Under the pieces are notes generated by a model. It made no database searches, was not told where the DNA came from, and saw nothing but the letters and a program-made list of their open reading frames with translations. A stretch of DNA of 64,000 nucleotides from positions 1 to 64,000 of the forward strand of contig CAYMEV010000013.1 of assembly GCA_964389675.1 (NCBI GenBank), read 5' to 3'. The translations under genes and the position numbers were made by a program. Positions 57,915 through 64,000 of the stretch are shown here, one piece after another. The DNA comes from an uncultured Candidatus Sumerlaeota bacterium (GTDB taxonomy: Bacteria > CAYMEV01). Every line of letters begins with the position of its first letter. The stretch's first letter is position 1.

Positions 57915-59252
57915 TTAAGTTACCAGGGCGTTTTTCCAGAGTACATGAGAGCCTGATTTTTCAAACCAGTCAACCCCTTCCATTACCAGGTCAAATTTGA
58001 ATGTGAATAGCCCCTGCCTTTCAATAGGGGGTATCTTGATATCTATGGTGTCCTTTTCCCCCGGCATTATGGATTTGTTCAGATAAGCTCTTGCAAAATT
58101 TAGATCAAGCAATTCCATTTTTTTAGAATAGAGCTGAATCCCAAGCCTGACAAACCTCCTCCCCAGCGGGGCTTCATTATAAAAGGGCGTTTCTGATATA
58201 TTCCTGACAGATACAGCAAGCTCTTTTGGCCTGTTTTTGCTTAAAACAACCGGTAAAAACCTGTTTATTCCTGTAAGCCTTATTTCAGCTTTCGGTGTGT
58301 ATCCTGGAATTGCATTCCCAAGCCCTTTATCCCAGGTTTCAAATTTAATGGACTTATATGAATCAGTTCCCGGGGCATATTTCCTGGAGAAGGCATCTTC
58401 TGGATGGTCTGTTATTTCCCATGTCAGCCTGTCTACACCAATTTTTTTTGCAATTTTTACAGCCTTCTGCATTTCATCATCACTGTCATTCCAATTAAAA
58501 AGGATATATCGCCAGCTTATATAAGGAAGCCTCAGGTTCTTTTCGTTTCTGCGGGAAACCAGAAAACTCAGGTTCGACAGGGCCTTTTCAATGCTACCCC
58601 CTATCCTGTATTTCCCATAGCTTTCCTGAGTTGCCCCGTCAATGGAAAAGGTGATCTCATCTATACCCGAATCAATGAGTTTTATCATTGACTGTTCAGT
58701 AAAGGCAAGCCCATTTGTGCTTGAGAAAAGATATATAGAGGGATACTCATCCTTTATATATGAGCACATACCTACAGCATTTTTATTAAGGAATGTTTCT
58801 CCATAATTAAAAAGGTCTATTCTTATCAGGTGTTTCCCGGTTTCATCAATGATCTCCCTGAAATGACTGAAGTCCAGGAAATGTGAATTTCTGTGTAACA
58901 ATATTTCTGAGCTTTTTCCACAGCATGCTTTATAGCATGAAAGATTGCATAGAGAAGACGGCTCAATGAATAGCCTGGAGGGATATGGGGGAGGTTTTCC
59001 GTTATCCACCGGAAGCTCTCCCTCTTTAAGGAAGTCTTTAAGCGGGCATCCCTCGCAAAATTCTGAATAGCCGTCAATTGAGATCTGATTTCTCAGCCTG
59101 GTTATTTTTTCCCCGTTCCAGATATCGTGAATACTCTCTTTATTTGAATCACCCAATATCTTTTGAGCATAGGGGTCACCGCACCCGCATACCACTTTTC
59201 CGTCACTAAGTATTACAAGCGTCGTCCATGGCCAGGTACATCTGTATTTCAT
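57915..59252 (-). CDS. Radical SAM enzyme with an N-terminal SPASM/Twitch-like domain and a C-terminal Ig-like domain
   Basis: CTWPW...DGKVVCGC...IWNG...CEGC; CNLSCYKACC; NYGE, STNG, SIDG; start at 59252 or 59261. Confidence 0.8.
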   Translation of the reverse strand: MKYRCTWPWTTLVILSDGKVVCGCGDPYAQKILGDSNKESIHDIWNGEKITRLRNQISIDGYSEFCEGCPLKDFLKEGELPVDNGKPPPYPSRLFIEPSSLCNLSCYKACCGKSSEILLHRNSHFLDFSHFREIIDETGKHLIRIDLFNYGETFLNKNAVGMCSYIKDEYPSIYLFSSTNGLAFTEQSMIKLIDSGIDEITFSIDGATQESYGKYRIGGSIEKALSNLSFLVSRRNEKNLRLPYISWRYILFNWNDSDDEMQKAVKIAKKIGVDRLTWEITDHPEDAFSRKYAPGTDSYKSIKFETWDKGLGNAIPGYTPKAEIRLTGINRFLPVVLSKNRPKELAVSVRNISETPFYNEAPLGRRFVRLGIQLYSKKMELLDLNFARAYLNKSIMPGEKDTIDIKIPPIERQGLFTFKFDLVMEGVDWFEKSGSHVLWKNALVT

Positions 59253-59253
59253 T

Positions 59254-61215
59254 TTAGTCATGAATATCCTTATTATATTGCCTGTTTTCTTTGACAAGAA
59301 AAAGGTATGTCTGCATATGCGATTCAGCATATTCTTTCATTTCTTCCACTATGCTGCTGCAGTCAGCTGAATAGTCGCGGGTGTCTTTTTCCCTGTATTT
59401 ATATAAGGAGAGTGTCCCGTCATTTCTTGCTATTAAAAACCAGTCATCATTTATTACTCCGAATTTATCATATTCGCAGAAAAAGCTGTATGCCCTTGAC
59501 CATGAAAGAAGGTCCATACCAAGTGCATTGTTTATATAAGGGATTTTCAAAATCCCCATGATGGTAGGAAATATATCCATTTGTGTTGCATAATTCTCAA
59601 ATATGCGAGGTTCTTTAATTATTGAAGGAGCATAAAATATAAGTGGTGTATGGTGATAATCGAGTGAGAGGTCATAGTCAGACTCAAGAGGGAGCCCATG
59701 GTCAGCGACAAAAACGAAAAGGGTGTTCTCAAACCAGGGTTCCTGCATGCAGAGAGCAATAAATTTCTGAAGTGAATAATCTGCATATTCAACTATCTGA
59801 TTCTTAATGTGACTTGTTTTTGGTTTGAAATATTCAGGTATATAGTAAGGCTTATGATCGCTTGTTGTGAGAAAAACAGCAAAAAAGGGTTTATTTTTCT
59901 GATGCAGATCATTTAGAAATGGCATGCTGAATTCAAACATATAGTCATCAGGAACACCAAAAGCGGTCTTCCTGGCGCTCAGCGGGTAATCATGCTTTGA
60001 TATTACCTGGTCAAAATCATTGGCGCGCAGAAATCCCTCGATATTATCAAATTGCCCGTCATGTGTGGTAAAGTATATTGTCGAATAGCTGTTTTTCTTT
60101 AGAGTGGACGCAATTCCGTCATATTTAAGCATTGAGACATTTTTCATTGCATGCCTTTTATATATGGCCGGGAAGGAAAAAAGAGTGCTGAAGATGCCGT
60201 GATGTGTGCTTACCCCTGCTGTATAAGCATTCTCGAAATAAAGGCCTTCATCTGCAATTCTGTCAAGAAAGGGAGTAATATCATACCTGTTTCCATGTCT
60301 TTTCATTTTTGCTGCCTGCATGCTTTCCATAATTATAATAATTACATTATAGTTTTGAGGTGATGAGTTACCGAATTCAACTTTCCGCATAATGGGGTAC
60401 TCGGCGGAAATGGGATTAATATTAAAATATCCCTGTACATTGTGTACAGCTTTATTGCTGTCCATTATATAATAATCCCTGTTTTCTTCATTGAATTTAT
60501 CAACAATGCTCCTCATAAGTGTATAGGTTGGATTAAGCCCGAGCTGATTAAGGAATCCGTTGGTTGAAAAATAGGCTGTCCCGACCCTTATAGGGGATGT
60601 GAACTCCAGTCTGCCCCTGATGCCAACGACAAAAAACCCCAGAAAAAGGAGGCAGATCAAAGCCTGAGACACTATTACAGATGCGTTGCTCCTGAGGAAA
60701 TGATCCTGCTTTTTCATAGAGAACCCCGATGAGAAAAAACTGAAAGCCATGATTGATATAATAAATGGCACTATTGCAATCCAGTAGCTTTTTTCCCTGA
60801 TTATCATGGTAAAGACAACTGCAGGGCTGTCCAGCCATTGAAAGGCAGCTACTGATAACCTTGAAAAGAAGTGATTGAAATAGGGAAGGTCAACTGCGGA
60901 AATAAAGAAAGATGTGCAGAAAAGGACTATTATATAGAGGTAGATAATTTTGCTGACAGCCGGCTTATTCTGCCTGAAAAAGTAGAGTAATGTAAGGATT
61001 AAATATGGGATTATAAGAATGGAGCATATGATAACACTGTCAAATCTTATTCCAATCAGAAATGCTACTGCAATATCAGTAACATCCATATTAAGAGAAA
61101 CCTTGTCTGACTGAGTCAGGAGAAGGATCAGCCTGTATGCTGTAAAAATAGCCAGTGCCTGGAAATAGATTACTGCAATTCTCTTTACAGGCGGAATATT
61201 TACAATGTTTTTCAT
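59254..61215 (-). CDS. LTA synthase family (LtaS/phosphoglycerol transferase-like) protein
   Basis: Five N-terminal TM helices, IRG, IIMES, catalytic Thr region GVST, H.PY, Y.D, ADHG. Confidence 0.88.
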   Translation of the reverse strand: MKNIVNIPPVKRIAVIYFQALAIFTAYRLILLLTQSDKVSLNMDVTDIAVAFLIGIRFDSVIICSILIIPYLILTLLYFFRQNKPAVSKIIYLYIIVLFCTSFFISAVDLPYFNHFFSRLSVAAFQWLDSPAVVFTMIIREKSYWIAIVPFIISIMAFSFFSSGFSMKKQDHFLRSNASVIVSQALICLLFLGFFVVGIRGRLEFTSPIRVGTAYFSTNGFLNQLGLNPTYTLMRSIVDKFNEENRDYYIMDSNKAVHNVQGYFNINPISAEYPIMRKVEFGNSSPQNYNVIIIIMESMQAAKMKRHGNRYDITPFLDRIADEGLYFENAYTAGVSTHHGIFSTLFSFPAIYKRHAMKNVSMLKYDGIASTLKKNSYSTIYFTTHDGQFDNIEGFLRANDFDQVISKHDYPLSARKTAFGVPDDYMFEFSMPFLNDLHQKNKPFFAVFLTTSDHKPYYIPEYFKPKTSHIKNQIVEYADYSLQKFIALCMQEPWFENTLFVFVADHGLPLESDYDLSLDYHHTPLIFYAPSIIKEPRIFENYATQMDIFPTIMGILKIPYINNALGMDLLSWSRAYSFFCEYDKFGVINDDWFLIARNDGTLSLYKYREKDTRDYSADCSSIVEEMKEYAESHMQTYLFLVKENRQYNKDIHD

Positions 61216-61310
61216 GATAAATAAATCTCTTTTGGGTTTTATTACAGAAAAACTCCGACAGGTCAATAAAATCTTGGGATTGATGGCTAATTAATAGTAT
61301 TCTGAGAGCT

Positions 61311-62477
61311 TTATCTTTTCATGAAATAATCAAGTTTTTTATGGAAAAGCTGGGAAGTTTCCTCATCAATTTTCAACTTTTCAGCTTTATTAAGGTATTT
61401 TTGCGCAAGGTCGAATCTTTTTATCATTATAAAATATTTTACATAAAGAAGATAAATATCTGATATATCAGGATCAAGCTTTTCTGCTGTCCTGATATTT
61501 TTCAGGAAATTTTCATAATCCAGGTTAATGAGATCCTGGCCGGCAAGCTGTATAAAATAATATGGATTGGTATTCTTCATTTCCTCAAGCCTGGTTTTAT
61601 AAAACATGAGCTTATCATGCTTCTGCAAATATTCACTCAAAAAGACCAGATTGGTAAGAATACTTATATTTTCATCGTTATACTCATATCCCTTTTCATA
61701 ATATTCATATGCCTTTTCAAATTCCTTTTTTCTGCTATGAGAAACACCAAGGTTATTATATACTTTATCAGATGCCCTGTTCAGCCTTAAAATGTTCTCA
61801 AACAGCTTTATTGCTTTATCTGTCTCATTCTCCCTCAGCAGTTCAACACCCAGATTATTATAGAAGTAGGCAATAGCCAAGAGATCATCAATTGCTTCAA
61901 GCTTTCTGTATGTCTTCGGCCTTGAGGGGTAAAAATCCACCGTTATATAACCAGAAGGGACACCACCCCTTATCTTAAGCTTATAGAAGTTCATTCCGGC
62001 AATTATATGTCCGTTATTCATTATGATATCCCCGTCGGATGTCCATGCTATGTGGTCAAGAACCTCAATGAAAAAGGTTTCCAGACGGGCAAATCTTGAC
62101 AGGGCGATAAACATATTTGTCAGTGAAAGACAGTTTCCGGTCCTTGTCTGGAATGTCTGGATTGCTGTATTTGTCTTTCTTTCATCGTATATGATCTGTT
62201 CATTGCTGTCGAAAATGGCGTCCACGAGGCTGTTGAACATGGCTTCAGGTGTCTGGTATGCTTTTATGTTATCATCAACAAAAACCTTCATCTCATCATT
62301 TATTTCAAACGGGTTTAAGATGGGAACAGGAAAATCCTCGTCAAAAGTATCATTAAGGAGAGCCAGGATCTGACGGTCACTCATAATTTCAGCCTTATGC
62401 CTGCTTTTTATGCCGGAACAGGCTGCCATTGATATTATTATAAATAAAGCCAGAAACAGTACTGCTGTTTTTTTCAT
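61311..62477 (-). CDS. Lipoprotein with a transglutaminase-like domain and TPR repeats
   Basis: Lipobox MAAC; GNCLS, GHI and VDF putative Cys-His-Asp triad; YNNLGV TPRs; AAGGAGG RBS. Confidence 0.8.
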   Translation of the reverse strand: MKKTAVLFLALFIIISMAACSGIKSRHKAEIMSDRQILALLNDTFDEDFPVPILNPFEINDEMKVFVDDNIKAYQTPEAMFNSLVDAIFDSNEQIIYDERKTNTAIQTFQTRTGNCLSLTNMFIALSRFARLETFFIEVLDHIAWTSDGDIIMNNGHIIAGMNFYKLKIRGGVPSGYITVDFYPSRPKTYRKLEAIDDLLAIAYFYNNLGVELLRENETDKAIKLFENILRLNRASDKVYNNLGVSHSRKKEFEKAYEYYEKGYEYNDENISILTNLVFLSEYLQKHDKLMFYKTRLEEMKNTNPYYFIQLAGQDLINLDYENFLKNIRTAEKLDPDISDIYLLYVKYFIMIKRFDLAQKYLNKAEKLKIDEETSQLFHKKLDYFMKR

Positions 62478-62608
62478 AAATCCCTCCTTAGAAAGCTCAG
62501 CGAACAAAAATATATAATATATAAAACGTAGAAAAGCTGAATAAAGTTTGAAGATTCTAGCGCTTTCCGCCAGCCAGGCCCGGTATGCAGAGTAAAGCTG
62601 TATACTTC

Positions 62609-63685
62609 TTAAAGAATCTGTTTATTAGTATTGTTCAGCATGTAGATTATCTCATCCACATCGAGGGAAATTGTGGAAAGGTCATTCTCAATTATTGCTC
62701 TCGGCATTCCATATACGATACACGAATCTTTTTTTTGGGCCACCGTTATACCACCCTCCCTTTTCTGTTTTCTGGAAGCTGCCAGTCCATCATCCCCCAT
62801 GCCTGTAAGAATAATACTCAAAACCTTGTCATAATAGATATCAATACAGGAAGAAAGAAGTGCATCCAGGGATGGTATGTATTTGGATGCCCCTGCTTTT
62901 TCCAGCTTTATTGCGGTCTTAAGTCCGTCTTTTTCCAAAAACATATCATATCCGCCTTTGCTGACAATAACAGAATTGCTGTTGACTGTCATATTGTTTT
63001 CAGCTTCACAGACTACCATATCTGTTGCTGAATCAAGCCTTTCTGCAAATGTTTTTGTAAAAATAGGGGGCATATGGATCCCTATTAATATTGGAACCGG
63101 GAAAGGTGTCTTTATATTCTTTATTATCTCTGCTATTATGCCTGGCCCTCCTGTGGATGCGCCAATGAATACAATTTCAAACCTTTTCGATGATATGATC
63201 CCATTTATCGAATTGATCTCAGTCTTTTTAGTATCAGGGTCAATGGCTGATTTACCATGAATAGTATTCTTGTTGATCTTGAGATCTGATACAAAATCAA
63301 TCTTGGCAATAAGGCGATCCCTTATAGGTATGAACAGGTTTTGTTTTTTAGCAGATGTAAAATCAGGCTTAGGTATGAAATCTATGGCCCCTAGTTCGAA
63401 TGATCTTATAATGTTTTCCCTCTTATCCGTGCTGGATATTATAATTGTCGGTACTGGATGGTTTTTCATCAGCCATGACAGGAACGCAAAACCGTTCATT
63501 TCGGGCATTTCCAGATCAAGGAATACAATATCAGGCTTGTATCTCATAGTCAGGTACATTGCATCGGTACCATCGGGAGCAAAGTTTACAGATTGAATTC
63601 TTTCAAAGCTGTTCAGGATCTGGTACAGACTTCTTCTTATTAATGCTGAATCATCAACAATAAGTGCCTTGAGCTTACCTGTCAT
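62609..63685 (-). CDS. cheB: Chemotaxis response regulator / protein-glutamate methylesterase
   Basis: IVDDS, LDLEMP receiver domain; GASTGGP, HMP, TGMGDDG, YGMP. Confidence 0.95.
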   Translation of the reverse strand: MTGKLKALIVDDSALIRRSLYQILNSFERIQSVNFAPDGTDAMYLTMRYKPDIVFLDLEMPEMNGFAFLSWLMKNHPVPTIIISSTDKRENIIRSFELGAIDFIPKPDFTSAKKQNLFIPIRDRLIAKIDFVSDLKINKNTIHGKSAIDPDTKKTEINSINGIISSKRFEIVFIGASTGGPGIIAEIIKNIKTPFPVPILIGIHMPPIFTKTFAERLDSATDMVVCEAENNMTVNSNSVIVSKGGYDMFLEKDGLKTAIKLEKAGASKYIPSLDALLSSCIDIYYDKVLSIILTGMGDDGLAASRKQKREGGITVAQKKDSCIVYGMPRAIIENDLSTISLDVDEIIYMLNNTNKQIL

Positions 63686-63706
63686 CCTTACCGTCAGGCA
63701 GTCCTT

Positions 63707-64000
63707 CTAATCCTCCATGCTTCTTCCAAACTGCTTTCCATAGGCTATATTACTCCAGAATTCATTCACATCAAGTGCATAAATAATCAGGTCTTTCTTG
63801 CGATCAACTATATCCCGGGCAAAACCCTTTAAAACACAGTTTTTCCTGAAACCAAGAGGTTCAAGTGCTTCAGAGGAACTGGAGTCATCCTCGATAGTCC
63901 TTATGATCAGTGTCATGATATCTTCATTTTCGGCAAGGGATACCCTGAAAATTGCATGAAGAAGCTTTTTGGCAATTCCCAGTTTCCTGAAATCAGGATG
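63707..64000 (-). CDS. GNAT acetyltransferase, C-terminal part (5'-truncated by the window edge)
   Basis: Frame open to the window end: HPDFRKLGIAKKLL (motif A) ... LGF. Confidence 0.7.
   Translation of the reverse strand, partial: HPDFRKLGIAKKLLHAIFRVSLAENEDIMTLIIRTIEDDSSSSEALEPLGFRKNCVLKGFARDIVDRKKDLIIYALDVNEFWSNIAYGKQFGRSMED

Noticed and set aside
1-64000. tRNA, rRNA, IS elements, integrases, prophage
   Set aside because: No such motifs or genes were recognised. Intergenic gaps are short and mostly explained by promoters and terminators. Small ncRNAs cannot be excluded by eye.

Overview
Chromosomal window from a fairly AT-rich bacterium, probably an anaerobe with a Gram-negative-type envelope. 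The lineage cannot be assigned from this sequence. I saw no rRNA, tRNA, CRISPR array, transposase or phage gene. Contents in order: (1) three tandem, separately terminated genes for large acidic secreted modular proteins, two of which are built from shared, shuffled domains; (2) a Ser/Thr kinase-ATPase-TPR protein, yfcC and priA; (3) an M42 peptidase; (4) an Rrf2 regulator followed by a pstSCAB-like ABC importer; (5) a minus-strand operon encoding an RNase HI-GNAT fusion, a Zn-ribbon membrane protein, an unknown Cys-rich protein and an atypical CorA; (6) a GLUG-repeat secreted protein, GYD and PII-like proteins; (7) a DUF1844-TPR-DUF4388-yjbQ-DUF2085-GAF-queE operon; (8) hutI, a PLD nuclease, a Nudix protein and pepD; (9) an envelope-modification cluster (sulfatase-like, B12 radical SAM, O-antigen ligase-like, GT-C); (10) truA-surE-pcm-yqaA-maf; (11) divergent larB and a short larC; (12) PP2C phosphatase, PAP2, purL/purQ and yitJ; (13) an LTA-synthase-like gene, a permuted SPASM/radical SAM enzyme, a transglutaminase-TPR lipoprotein, cheB and a partial GNAT. 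The best candidate for an undescribed system is the Pst-like importer. Its binding protein and permeases have lost canonical phosphate-contact residues, phoU is absent from the locus, and it sits behind an Rrf2 gene and an Rrf2-like operator. This suggests repurposing for another oxyanion, possibly sulfate or thiosulfate. All family calls are by eye from motifs; no database search was run.
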